Below, piece by piece: positions 11,560-20,278 of a DNA stretch of 64,000 bases. Position 1 is the first letter of the stretch. The number at the start of each line of letters is the position of its first letter. The DNA comes from a virus. The notes below the pieces were generated by a model that ran no database searches, was not told where the DNA came from, and saw only the letters and a list, made by a program, of their open reading frames with translations. Made by a program: the position numbers and the translations under genes. Location: UHGV virus genome UHGV-0026213; one strand, given 5' to 3'.

Positions 11560-11606
11560 AACCTCCTACCCTCTAAGAGGGTAGGAGTAGCACGTTTTTT
11601 TTTTCG
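11560..11606. terminator. Bidirectional intrinsic terminator between convergent genes
   Basis: Inverted repeat CCTACCCTC..GAGGGTAGG followed by a T10 run, between a plus-strand stop and a minus-strand stop. Confidence 0.6.
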
Positions 11607-11607
11607 C

Positions 11608-11817
11608 TTAGTCTTTTTTGTAGACAATTGCGTTACCGTGCAGTTTGTTGTTGCCGGAAATACCGATAACTTTGAATGCGTCGCCGCCAATTTTTTCAGC
11701 TTCAGCAGCCAGCTTACCCGTTACATGATCAACGGTGTCGCCGAAAGCGCTAACGTTACCGATTTTCTTAAACTCTTCTGGAATATGCTCAGCAGAAGAG
11801 AACTCTTTAATAGACAT
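11608..11817 (-). CDS. DUF1471 (YdgH/BhsA/McbA-like) domain protein without signal peptide
   Basis: C-terminus VIGISGNNKLHGNAIVYKKD and upstream GDTVDHVTGKLAAEAEKIGGDAF match the enterobacterial DUF1471 signature. Likely start is the internal ATG (MSIKEF, GGAGAG SD); the ORF-track start at 11835 is TTG. Confidence 0.55.
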   Translation of the reverse strand: MSIKEFSSAEHIPEEFKKIGNVSAFGDTVDHVTGKLAAEAEKIGGDAFKVIGISGNNKLHGNAIVYKKD

Positions 11818-12023
11818 AACAGCTCTCCATTTCAAAAGGAAGGTGGTCTAAGACCGACGTGTGTTACAACCGAAGCATAAGATAGCTCCTCCCCGTAGGG
11901 AGGAGTAGAGTGCGCGAAAAAAGTGGCCTGCTTAACTAAACGATGGGTTTAAGAAAAGTGTTGATAAAAAGCTTTACCAACGTCAGGTCACAATATATAA
12001 ACACAACGTAAGAAAAAGGGGAA

Positions 12024-12989
12024 TTATTGCGGAGGTGATGTCGGACCATGTTTACCTTGGTGAATGTGAACGCTAAAGGTAATACCGGAAATAATGGCAT
12101 CTTTAACCGTAAAGACACCCACACCTTCACCCGTACCACCGTATTTGAAGTTCTTAGCAACTTCCAAATTACCGGTGAACATCGCTTCCTTCCCTTCTTG
12201 TTTAAAGTTCGGCGTTTTAAACGTTGTCGAACTGCCCGCTTCTGTTAACCAGGTTTGTGTTTTAAACGTAACGGAACTCGCTGCTTCCGTATTGCGGACT
12301 TCGCATTTTTCATTAATCGTTTTCGTTTCCAGGTTAATAGAACGCTTTGAATAAATGAACGCATCTTCTTTGTTGATGTTCACTTTTGAAAGCATCGCAT
12401 TCTCAAACCCGAGATCATCTTCAACCGAGTTAATGTAATACTTGTTTCCTTTATGGTCAACGCACTGCCACGTACCGTTTGCATTATCAAACTGAAACAA
12501 CCACGCCGCTTTCTCGCCATTCACCATACTCGTTCTTAGCGTGATATGTTTGTCAATCGTCGAAACGTTCAACACATACGCATTGGACAAGTCATCCGCC
12601 ATTTGGTTTTCAGGGTCAGCCGACCACGCATAAACCGCATCTTCTAATCGCTTAACGTTAGCGAAGTTCAGATCAATCCAAAAATAAATATCGGTTTTCC
12701 CCAAACGTAACAAGATAACGTAATCTTCTCGTTTAACGTCAGGGGAATTAATTCGGTTGGAGTTAAACTTCCACCACTTTGCTGTTATCGTGTTACCCGT
12801 CTTAATGGTTAGGTTATCTGTTGCACCAGATGTTTCGTGCGTCTTTTCAGTTGCTGAAGAAACAGATTGCACCACGGTAGGGTTAGCAAAGTTGGTTTCA
12901 ATTGGTATCACTTTTACCCGATCTGTACCACGGGGTTTGTCTTCCGCGACGATACCAATTGAGAAAAAATCAACACTGGATTTCTCCAT
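12024..12989 (-). CDS. Putative tail or baseplate protein (321 aa)
   Basis: Long minus-strand ORF heading the leftward cluster; beta-rich Ser/Thr/Asn composition and C-terminal VHIHQGKHG His motif. Function is inferred from context only. Confidence 0.4.
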   Translation of the reverse strand: MEKSSVDFFSIGIVAEDKPRGTDRVKVIPIETNFANPTVVQSVSSATEKTHETSGATDNLTIKTGNTITAKWWKFNSNRINSPDVKREDYVILLRLGKTDIYFWIDLNFANVKRLEDAVYAWSADPENQMADDLSNAYVLNVSTIDKHITLRTSMVNGEKAAWLFQFDNANGTWQCVDHKGNKYYINSVEDDLGFENAMLSKVNINKEDAFIYSKRSINLETKTINEKCEVRNTEAASSVTFKTQTWLTEAGSSTTFKTPNFKQEGKEAMFTGNLEVAKNFKYGGTGEGVGVFTVKDAIISGITFSVHIHQGKHGPTSPPQ

Positions 12990-13017
12990 CGGGACGTTCC
13001 TTAGATCGGAATTGAAT

Positions 13018-13041
13018 TCAGATATATATTACTTAAGTGAA
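13018..13041 (+). promoter_or_regulatory. Promoter-like motif TTCAGATATATATTACTTAAGTGA (copy 1)
   Basis: Near-identical 24-mer recurs at about 17405; preceded by TTGAAT; lies in the 370-nt divergent intergenic region. Confidence 0.4.
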
Positions 13042-13410
13042 TAGGGGCTGAAGTGCCAGTTCAGCCACTACGGACACGTTTCATTCGAAACGGATTGATT
13101 AAACCATTTGGGGAGACAGATCATGTCTACTAAAAAGAAAGAAAGTCTCAATGAGCTGCTCAAACGGCTTAAAGACTACACTCCATTTAGTACCTTCCGA
13201 TAACAGGTACTAAAATTTTACAGTCTGTCCCTTTATTCTGCTACTCGGGATACCGGTAGGGGGTAGGGGGCATTATGTATACGGATATAAATAGCGGAGG
13301 TATACGGAGTATACCGACATACTCTTCCCAGAGGAACGTAGTGACTTCCTTATACCTCTTTTACAATCCATAATAATAGCCTTCCCTTCATTGGGATTAG
13401 CGAGTAAATC

Positions 13411-14148
13411 ATGAGAGAATTATTAGACGATATCTTTACCAACACCAGTTTAGAACTTTCTTCTACGGTGGTTAACGAACTAATAGGGCAAACCCAACCT
13501 GCTAAGTTAATCGATGTTGGAACAATTAAACCTGAAGATTATCCAGACAGTGACGTTATCGACTGTATGATTGACGAATACGTGATAGGAAGTTACGCCA
13601 ACCGCGTCTTCTTTGTTATTAATACCGAAACCAGTGTCATGTTAATCTATAAGTTGATCAGTGATGCCGAACTTGAAGTTGTGGCTGACCACATTCGTCT
13701 TCTTGCGAACACACCTACTAGTATCGCTGATGTGCTTATTGGGAACGGTTGGGCTTTACCACCACTATTCTCTTACTTCCCTCTGTTTAGAAATGGGATA
13801 GGGTTACTCCGAAATGCAGAAAATCTTCCCGATAACGTCGAGTTATCACTGCTTGGACCCGGCATCGATCTTTGTCCATTAGAAGACGAGGGCACGCTAT
13901 ATGGTTTGCGCATCTATGTTTCTGTGTTAAACGGATACCGCGTTATTGAACTAATTGCATCCGACTTAGCAAAACAGATCCCAGATGTGGAAACGATTTC
14001 TAAAGCCACCCACCTGGTTGAGATTAACTCAGATGATCCCTTATTGAAATATCACGAGAAAATTGATCTTCGTAAAATCGCCACGATGAGAGGGTGGGGT
14101 TGTGCTGAGATTACGAAGGACTATCTGCTGTTAATTAAAACCGCGTAA
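13411..14148 (+). CDS. Hypothetical protein, member A of a tandem paralog array
   Basis: C-terminus MRGWGCAEITKDYLLLIKTA weakly resembles the GW..QLLF tail of the next three genes. Confidence 0.5.
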   Translation: MRELLDDIFTNTSLELSSTVVNELIGQTQPAKLIDVGTIKPEDYPDSDVIDCMIDEYVIGSYANRVFFVINTETSVMLIYKLISDAELEVVADHIRLLANTPTSIADVLIGNGWALPPLFSYFPLFRNGIGLLRNAENLPDNVELSLLGPGIDLCPLEDEGTLYGLRIYVSVLNGYRVIELIASDLAKQIPDVETISKATHLVEINSDDPLLKYHEKIDLRKIATMRGWGCAEITKDYLLLIKTA

Positions 14149-14177
14149 TTAAGAAAACCGAAAAAGGAGAATATACC

Positions 14178-14732
14178 ATGTTTCAAACTGAACTGAAAAA
14201 TGAAATTATCCAAACCCTTGAAAAGGGCGTAGGCGAACATTTCTTTGTCCGTCCTTATACCGTACTGACCAATACCATTATTCAGCCTGGTGCGATGATA
14301 GTAGGGGTAAGTGTACAAGCTGTAGAGGAAACCCCGCTGCGTCGTAACATCACACGTAAAACCCATATCCCATTTAAAACAGGTTTTACAGATTACCTTC
14401 AGAGCTTACTGGGGGATAGCGCTTGGAAAACAGGCAGCTTCTTCCACGAAGGGAAGACTTCCACGCTGGTTTATAAAGAGAGCACCAAGTATCTGGTTGA
14501 TTTTCTCTTAGCGCGTCAGTATACTTTCTTTCCAACCCCTACTGACTGCACCCCAGACAACCCAGGTAAGTTATTAAACCAAAGCGAAGCCGAGGCACTC
14601 TTTACAAGACTTCGGAATGAACAGTGCGATGTTGACGACTGGGAAACGTTGATCGCGGTCGCTAAAGCCCACGGTTGGTATACCGTACGTAAAATCGGCC
14701 AGCAGCTGTTGTTCTTAGCTTACCCTGCTTAA
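14178..14732 (+). CDS. Hypothetical protein, paralog family member B
   Basis: SD AAGGAG upstream; C-terminal HGWYTVRKIGQQLLFLAYPA. Confidence 0.6.
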   Translation: MFQTELKNEIIQTLEKGVGEHFFVRPYTVLTNTIIQPGAMIVGVSVQAVEETPLRRNITRKTHIPFKTGFTDYLQSLLGDSAWKTGSFFHEGKTSTLVYKESTKYLVDFLLARQYTFFPTPTDCTPDNPGKLLNQSEAEALFTRLRNEQCDVDDWETLIAVAKAHGWYTVRKIGQQLLFLAYPA

Positions 14733-14761
14733 GTAACGAAAAAACCTAAAGGAGAGTAAAA

Positions 14762-15913
14762 ATGCGAAATATTATTTCTAAACCAGGACATGCCAAGATC
14801 CTAAAAGAACTGATGGACAGATGCTATAATCGGACTTGGTCACTACCAAGCTTAACCATCGAATCTTCATTACAACGTGAGTTGTTTGGTTATAACTTGG
14901 GCTGCTGTGTACTTACTGAATACAATGAGATTATCGCACCTGTCGATGTCTGTACTTACGATGAAGAAATTGAAGGTTACAAGTTCGCGGTTTACACAAA
15001 TTGTGGACTAAATTACCGTAAACTCGTTGTTAGGGAAAAGAGTAGCAACCGGAAGATTATGTTTAAGGTCTTCCCAAGTGGTAAAGTCAGTAATTTATGT
15101 CTTCAGCTTGAGAAAGTGCCCTTTCACGGTGCAGCCATTTTAACTAAACCAGAACTCCTGTTATTAAGCGGGTTAATTGGCTTTGAAGTAAAAACCATCA
15201 AAGTTGAGCAGGAACTTACACGAAACGATTTCGGCTCAACTTGGTACGAAAGTTTCTTCCGCTACGAAATGTTAAGTGATAAAGCTATCAAACTCACTTA
15301 CCGTTCTACCGACGATATCGTTTACCACATTTTAATTAGCGGCGAACCCCACCAGATTATTGAAGACGAAGGAGAAAAATCAGTGTGCACCTTAAAAGAT
15401 GAATTAACTGATTTTGTTAACAAAATTGATAACGTGGGTATCAGTGAATTATTGTTCCCGATACAGCATCCAGAGTTGCTTGACGAGAAATCTGAAAACG
15501 TGGTTATGGGTGTGCATTTACTTCCTGACCATCTTGCTATCTACCGTACACTTTCTAAAAATCAACTTAAAGTGTGGTGCCTGTTAAAAGACCTTTTAAC
15601 AGAGGCGGGGTGGTCGTGTAGTGTAGATGTTAACTGTGAAGGAGTTGCGTTCTTCATCACAATAGGCAATCGTAGTTTTTCTGTCGATTTACCTACTCGC
15701 AGCTATTACAATTTCTTCCCGACCGCAGAAGGACGTACTGAAAAAGAACCCGCATTACTGCTCAGTGCTGAGGAGTCCAATGCGTTAATGACGAAACTAA
15801 AAGCGAAAGACGAGAAGCTGGATGCTTTACATCTACCTATAATCGGGAAAGACTACGGTTGGGCTGACGTGCAAAAATACGGCAGCCAACTGTTGTTTGT
15901 TGCCAACATTTAA
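14762..15913 (+). CDS. Hypothetical protein, paralog family member C
   Basis: SD AAAGGAG upstream; C-terminal YGWADVQKYGSQLLFVANI. Confidence 0.6.
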   Translation: MRNIISKPGHAKILKELMDRCYNRTWSLPSLTIESSLQRELFGYNLGCCVLTEYNEIIAPVDVCTYDEEIEGYKFAVYTNCGLNYRKLVVREKSSNRKIMFKVFPSGKVSNLCLQLEKVPFHGAAILTKPELLLLSGLIGFEVKTIKVEQELTRNDFGSTWYESFFRYEMLSDKAIKLTYRSTDDIVYHILISGEPHQIIEDEGEKSVCTLKDELTDFVNKIDNVGISELLFPIQHPELLDEKSENVVMGVHLLPDHLAIYRTLSKNQLKVWCLLKDLLTEAGWSCSVDVNCEGVAFFITIGNRSFSVDLPTRSYYNFFPTAEGRTEKEPALLLSAEESNALMTKLKAKDEKLDALHLPIIGKDYGWADVQKYGSQLLFVANI

Positions 15914-15980
15914 TAAGTGAAACTACACTTTCTCTAACTGCCGCGCTTTAGTCGCGGCTTTTGTTAAGAAGGAAATAGAA

Positions 15981-16754
15981 ATGAAAGTCCATTTAGACGA
16001 TATCTTTAAAACCGAACCGTATATGATCGAAGGCCCGCTATCATCACTACTATTTGCCGATAGATTAGATCGTACGCTGCAATTACAATCGGTCGAATCT
16101 GCACCCGTTGATGATGTAGAGCGTTACGAGCGCATCAACCATACGCGGGGTGAGTATCGTCGCTATAAGCCAAATTCACTAAGCATCAAGCTCTGGCAAG
16201 TGAGCACAGGTAAAGTATTAACTTATCGCGCTGTTGGTAGTTATTACATTCAACAAGCCAAGGAATGGCTAGAGAAAGTTAAAGAACTGAACTTCGATCT
16301 ACTGAGCAAAAAACTGCGCGATCATAACGCCAGTTTGCCGATACGTAATTATTTCTCCACGATTGAAAATAGTCGTTGTTTCGTTTCTCGTGAATCCACG
16401 ATATTACCTGGGGATGATGTTCAGACGACACTAAAAGATGTGGTTGTGAAGAAAATCTTTCATGAATCTGAACACGTTGGGTTCCGTATCTACTTAACAC
16501 ACAAGAGACCATTTACCGTTATTCACGTTGATACCGCACCCGAAGGCTCAGCGGTTATTCGAGAACTTCCTGATGCTCGAGACCGTTGCCCTAATGAGCC
16601 GCTTTATTTAATGTCAGGAACAAAATCAACCGCGTTGATGTCCCGTTACAGCATGTTAGATGTTGTTGACGCTGCTATGAAACTAGGTTGGAAAGAAGTG
16701 CAGCAACATGGTAAACAATTGCTGTTTATTGCCGATGTAAAACTTAATCAATAG
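15981..16754 (+). CDS. Hypothetical protein, paralog family member D
   Basis: C-terminal LGWKEVQQHGKQLLFIADV. Confidence 0.6.
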   Translation: MKVHLDDIFKTEPYMIEGPLSSLLFADRLDRTLQLQSVESAPVDDVERYERINHTRGEYRRYKPNSLSIKLWQVSTGKVLTYRAVGSYYIQQAKEWLEKVKELNFDLLSKKLRDHNASLPIRNYFSTIENSRCFVSRESTILPGDDVQTTLKDVVVKKIFHESEHVGFRIYLTHKRPFTVIHVDTAPEGSAVIRELPDARDRCPNEPLYLMSGTKSTALMSRYSMLDVVDAAMKLGWKEVQQHGKQLLFIADVKLNQ

Positions 16755-16766
16755 TGAGGTGGTACC

Positions 16767-17345
16767 GTGTACCGATTAATAGAAATGCGAAAAGACGTTT
16801 GGTTGGAAAACCTCGTCGATGGGGAGCTTGAGGGAATAGAGCTTTCCTTACCAGAAAGAGCGGACACGGTATTGGTCTTTCTGATAAAACAGGCAGCGAA
16901 TGAACCGGTAGGAATCTTCAGCGTGGACTATAAAGACCCACGAGGGATTCATTTACGGAACATTTGCAGTGGTTTAGAAAGCTTACCGGCTAATCCGTTC
17001 TTAAACTACGCAAAACGTAAACTCCAGCCTGGACAACATCTCTGGGTAGTTCTAGCGCCTGATACACGCATTATACGTGACGACCTGACTGCGTTTGTCC
17101 AAGCAACGAAAGTCAGTTTGTACAATCCTAATGCGGATCGTACCGATATGCCGTTTACAATCACCTTAGAAGACGATGGAACGCAAGAGGGTATTGAGGC
17201 AATTACGGAATTAGTAAACTCTTATCCGGTAGCGTCTATTGAGTTAGAAAACCCAAACCGATTACCGTTGGGTGATTTACTCGAATGGATTGAGCTGAAT
17301 ACCGAGTTCCTCATTAACTCCCGGCAGTACCGGTTCGATGTATAA
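16767..17345 (+). CDS. Hypothetical protein (192 aa)
   Basis: GTG start with GAGGTGG SD; followed by terminator hairpin GGTGGGGG..CCCCCCACC plus T-run. Confidence 0.5.
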   Translation: MYRLIEMRKDVWLENLVDGELEGIELSLPERADTVLVFLIKQAANEPVGIFSVDYKDPRGIHLRNICSGLESLPANPFLNYAKRKLQPGQHLWVVLAPDTRIIRDDLTAFVQATKVSLYNPNADRTDMPFTITLEDDGTQEGIEAITELVNSYPVASIELENPNRLPLGDLLEWIELNTEFLINSRQYRFDV

Positions 17346-17348
17346 CAT

Positions 17349-17385
17349 CGGTGGGGGTTTACCCCCCACCTTTTATTTTTTTGTT
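17349..17385 (+). terminator. Intrinsic terminator
   Basis: GGTGGGGGTTTACCCCCCACC hairpin followed by TTTTATTTTTTT. Confidence 0.6.
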
Positions 17386-17404
17386 CGTTAATATTAAAAA
17401 TAAT

Positions 17405-17428
17405 TTCAGATATATATTACTTAGGTGA
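17405..17428 (+). promoter_or_regulatory. Promoter-like motif TTCAGATATATATTACTTAGGTGA (copy 2)
   Basis: Second copy of the 13018 motif, preceded by an AT-rich tract and about 50 nt upstream of the 17477 gene. Confidence 0.45.
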
Positions 17429-17476
17429 GAGTTACGATTAACTCTTTATACATTAACGCCATGAAGGAGCAAAACA

Positions 17477-17938
17477 ATGAAAATCTTCACTTCCTTTTTA
17501 ATCGCCCTTTTCGTAATCGGTTTCAATACTGCACACGCCGCTATCAATAACTGGGAACAAATACAAAACCCTGGCCAGGCAGTTTACGAAATTGAAGACA
17601 CCGCCGGAAACGGACTGTCTATCAACTGTGACACAGAAACTGCGAATCGCAAATTTTACGGTCGCATGGTTTGGTATTACGGTGAACCCGTAGGTGCAAC
17701 TAACGCGGAAGATAACACGTTGGATATTGTCGTAAACGGCAAGACCTATAACATCCCTACCGTGGACGGTAGTGACAAAGCAGAACACGCTTGGGTTGCT
17801 TTCGTTAATGCTATCGGTAATGCCAAAACTTTCAGTGTGAGTATCAATGGTAACGACACCGCTAACTTTACCGTAGAAGGCGAACGTCTGTCTGAAACTT
17901 TCTTCCAGAACTGTGGACACACCCGTCCTAACAAATAA
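17477..17938 (+). CDS. Small secreted protein (153 aa)
   Basis: N-terminal signal peptide MKIFTSFLIALFVIGFNTAHA; SD GAAGGAG. Confidence 0.55.
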   Translation: MKIFTSFLIALFVIGFNTAHAAINNWEQIQNPGQAVYEIEDTAGNGLSINCDTETANRKFYGRMVWYYGEPVGATNAEDNTLDIVVNGKTYNIPTVDGSDKAEHAWVAFVNAIGNAKTFSVSINGNDTANFTVEGERLSETFFQNCGHTRPNK

Positions 17939-17960
17939 CTATTAGTCTTTTTTAGAGTGC

Positions 17961-18353
17961 GTGAAAATGAATATCAGAACTATACTTTATATCATCATTA
18001 TTTTCTGTGCGGTCGGAATTACTGGCACTTATGCTTTCGGTGATTCGGATGTCCGCTATTACGAACCGGCTCCTGACTCACCGATTATCAACCCGGATGA
18101 GACGCCTGCGTTAATGCGCAGTTTCGGTAAACTGCAAGTTTATCGTTTAGTGCGTGGTGAAACCTGTACGGGTTTACTCATTGCTGACACCCGTGCACAA
18201 GTCTACCAACGTCTAACCGATATCGCCTGCGAACAACCAAAAGTCATGTCGGTTAGTATCCATCCGCTATCAGTTGGTAACTATACCGCTGTGGACTTCT
18301 TTCACAACGCCGAATTAATCGGGCGCGTTACCTTAAATCGTCCTGCCGAATAA
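17961..18353 (+). CDS. Small secreted or membrane-anchored protein (130 aa)
   Basis: Hydrophobic N-terminus ILYIIIIFCAVGITGTYA. Confidence 0.5.
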   Translation: MKMNIRTILYIIIIFCAVGITGTYAFGDSDVRYYEPAPDSPIINPDETPALMRSFGKLQVYRLVRGETCTGLLIADTRAQVYQRLTDIACEQPKVMSVSIHPLSVGNYTAVDFFHNAELIGRVTLNRPAE

Positions 18354-18371
18354 TCTAAAGGAGTAGTTATA

Positions 18372-18857
18372 ATGAAACGTTTACACACATTGATGTTCTT
18401 TCTGGTTTTCTTGTTTATCGGTACCACGCCAACTGTAGATGCGGCCTCCGTAGACGAATTGCTTACCTGCGATGGAAACGCTTGGGAAGGTCAGCCAAAT
18501 GCGTGCCCAAACATCAACGACTTGTACGATACCGATAAGTCGTTTAAAGCCGTTGTTGATAAAACATTAGACCCTGTGGGGCTGGATGGTATGTTCGGCT
18601 CTAAAGGTTACATGGATGGTCCTGGCGGTAACATGTATCCGGTAAACATCAACAACAAAATCTGGATTGAAAGTGGCGGTTGTAAAGCTAACGCTTGTGG
18701 TTGGGAATACATCGTAACGCTATACAACCCACACACCAAGAAACTCGTCGGCTATTACTACAACATCGACCCCGGTTATCTGATTTGGTTCGGTGATATC
18801 GGTGTTGCTGAATTCGCTTACCTGGTTAAGAAGTACGTAGAACAATCTAAATACTAA
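18372..18857 (+). CDS. Small secreted Cys-containing protein (161 aa)
   Basis: Signal peptide MKRLHTLMFFLVFLFIGTTPTVDA; SD AAAGGAG. Confidence 0.55.
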   Translation: MKRLHTLMFFLVFLFIGTTPTVDAASVDELLTCDGNAWEGQPNACPNINDLYDTDKSFKAVVDKTLDPVGLDGMFGSKGYMDGPGGNMYPVNINNKIWIESGGCKANACGWEYIVTLYNPHTKKLVGYYYNIDPGYLIWFGDIGVAEFAYLVKKYVEQSKY

Positions 18858-18868
18858 GGACTTTTATC

Positions 18869-19279
18869 ATGAAAACTATCATTAATACTCTTCTCATTGC
18901 AATTGCTGTTCTGTTCTCTGTCAACGCTACAGCAAAGACAATACAGTTGCCAGACAATATTAAGTACGTCAATAGCACCGATGATTTCTATTGTACGGAA
19001 ATTGACGGCTTGTACTGTCAGGCAAAGAGCCTGTTTAAATACAAAGGTAGCAGATACGTATTCATCGTTGAGCAAGGTGGTGCCTGGTGCTACGACAGCC
19101 CAATGTCCGTACTCAACCTCGAAACGTGGAAGGCTCAGCGTCTCGAATACAACGACAAACGTCTGTGCTCTGGTAATAACAAACCATTCTTCAAAGTCGT
19201 AGATGGTGTGCCAATGGTAGGGATATTAGACACTTCGGAAAAACCTATCGTTGTAGCTATGGATAAACTTAAAATTTAA
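18869..19279 (+). CDS. Small secreted Cys-containing protein (136 aa)
   Basis: Signal peptide MKTIINTLLIAIAVLFSVNATA. Confidence 0.55.
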   Translation: MKTIINTLLIAIAVLFSVNATAKTIQLPDNIKYVNSTDDFYCTEIDGLYCQAKSLFKYKGSRYVFIVEQGGAWCYDSPMSVLNLETWKAQRLEYNDKRLCSGNNKPFFKVVDGVPMVGILDTSEKPIVVAMDKLKI

Positions 19280-19289
19280 GGAGTAACTC

Positions 19290-19679
19290 ATGCGTCTCGT
19301 CTGCGTTTTAGCATTCTTCTTCTCCCTGAGTGTAGCAGCATCTACTCAAGTTAACGATTTACTGCTAACCCCAAACAACAATACCGATTACCAGTACAAT
19401 CCTCCTGGGTTTGAAGTTTGTGAAGTCGGTGAAACAATCTGCCAAGAAGTCGGCGCAGACGGGCGCTATATTCTGGTAAAAGCTGATGGTGGCACAATGT
19501 GTCCCGCAGGTTATTACTTTCTGCTCGATTCCGTCGCAAGAGAGGTTCTTCCTATCACCACAAAAACGTGCGACCCTACTGTTGTCTTAACTCTCGCTAA
19601 AAGCAAATCTCGCGACCGTTATCTGATTGTTATCGAAGAACGGGGCAAGATGGCTGGTGCTATCGAATTAGATCATTGA
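19290..19679 (+). CDS. Small secreted Cys-containing protein (129 aa)
   Basis: Signal peptide MRLVCVLAFFFSLSVAAS; followed by terminator hairpin. Confidence 0.55.
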   Translation: MRLVCVLAFFFSLSVAASTQVNDLLLTPNNNTDYQYNPPGFEVCEVGETICQEVGADGRYILVKADGGTMCPAGYYFLLDSVAREVLPITTKTCDPTVVLTLAKSKSRDRYLIVIEERGKMAGAIELDH

Positions 19680-19745
19680 GTGTAGTCTTGGCCCCGATAC
19701 GTTCGGGGTCCTTTTTACGACATGTTTACCTAAAGGAGTATTAAA

Positions 19746-20222
19746 ATGCAATTATCTAACGTTTACCAAGCTGCGCAATTTCATCATGACCTGTCGGCTA
19801 AACCTGAACAAATTCGCCACAACTTAACGGTGGCCTGGAAACTGCTGCGTATCGCCGAAGCCTCCCGCCTTAACGATCAGTCGACGATTATCGAGACGGT
19901 GCGCACACTACATCCAGTCGACCTGGAAACAATCTGGACCTTTGATTTAACCCGAATTTATCACCGTCGTTTTAATGCGGCAGTTGATGCAATCCGTCCT
20001 TACTTTCATCACCTGCGAACAACACGCGAAAATGACACCGCACTTGAGTGGGTATTGGTACAAAGCGTATGGAGCGACTACATTTATCTCCTTTCTTTAG
20101 AGACGGGTGAATGTATCGTTGCTAACGAAGTTTTTTCAAGTAACGCAGAAATGTATCGTTCCTTCGCGACGATTAAAGGTGAAACACAACCTATTTTATC
20201 ACTCACGCACTTAGGGCTGTAA
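19746..20222 (+). CDS. Hypothetical protein (158 aa)
   Basis: SD cassette TAAAGGAGTATTAAAATG; terminator downstream. Confidence 0.5.
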   Translation: MQLSNVYQAAQFHHDLSAKPEQIRHNLTVAWKLLRIAEASRLNDQSTIIETVRTLHPVDLETIWTFDLTRIYHRRFNAAVDAIRPYFHHLRTTRENDTALEWVLVQSVWSDYIYLLSLETGECIVANEVFSSNAEMYRSFATIKGETQPILSLTHLGL

Positions 20223-20278
20223 TTAGCCCGGCCCCGTTTACTCGGGGCTTCTTTTTTTGATCTAAAAGGAAAGACCAG

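Noticed and set aside
11885-11906. Hairpin CTCCTCCCCGTAGGGAGGAG as a terminator for the 12024-12989 minus gene
   Set aside because: On the minus strand the T-run precedes the stem and on the plus strand it is followed by an A-run, so it does not fit a canonical intrinsic terminator; possibly an RNA stability or processing element.
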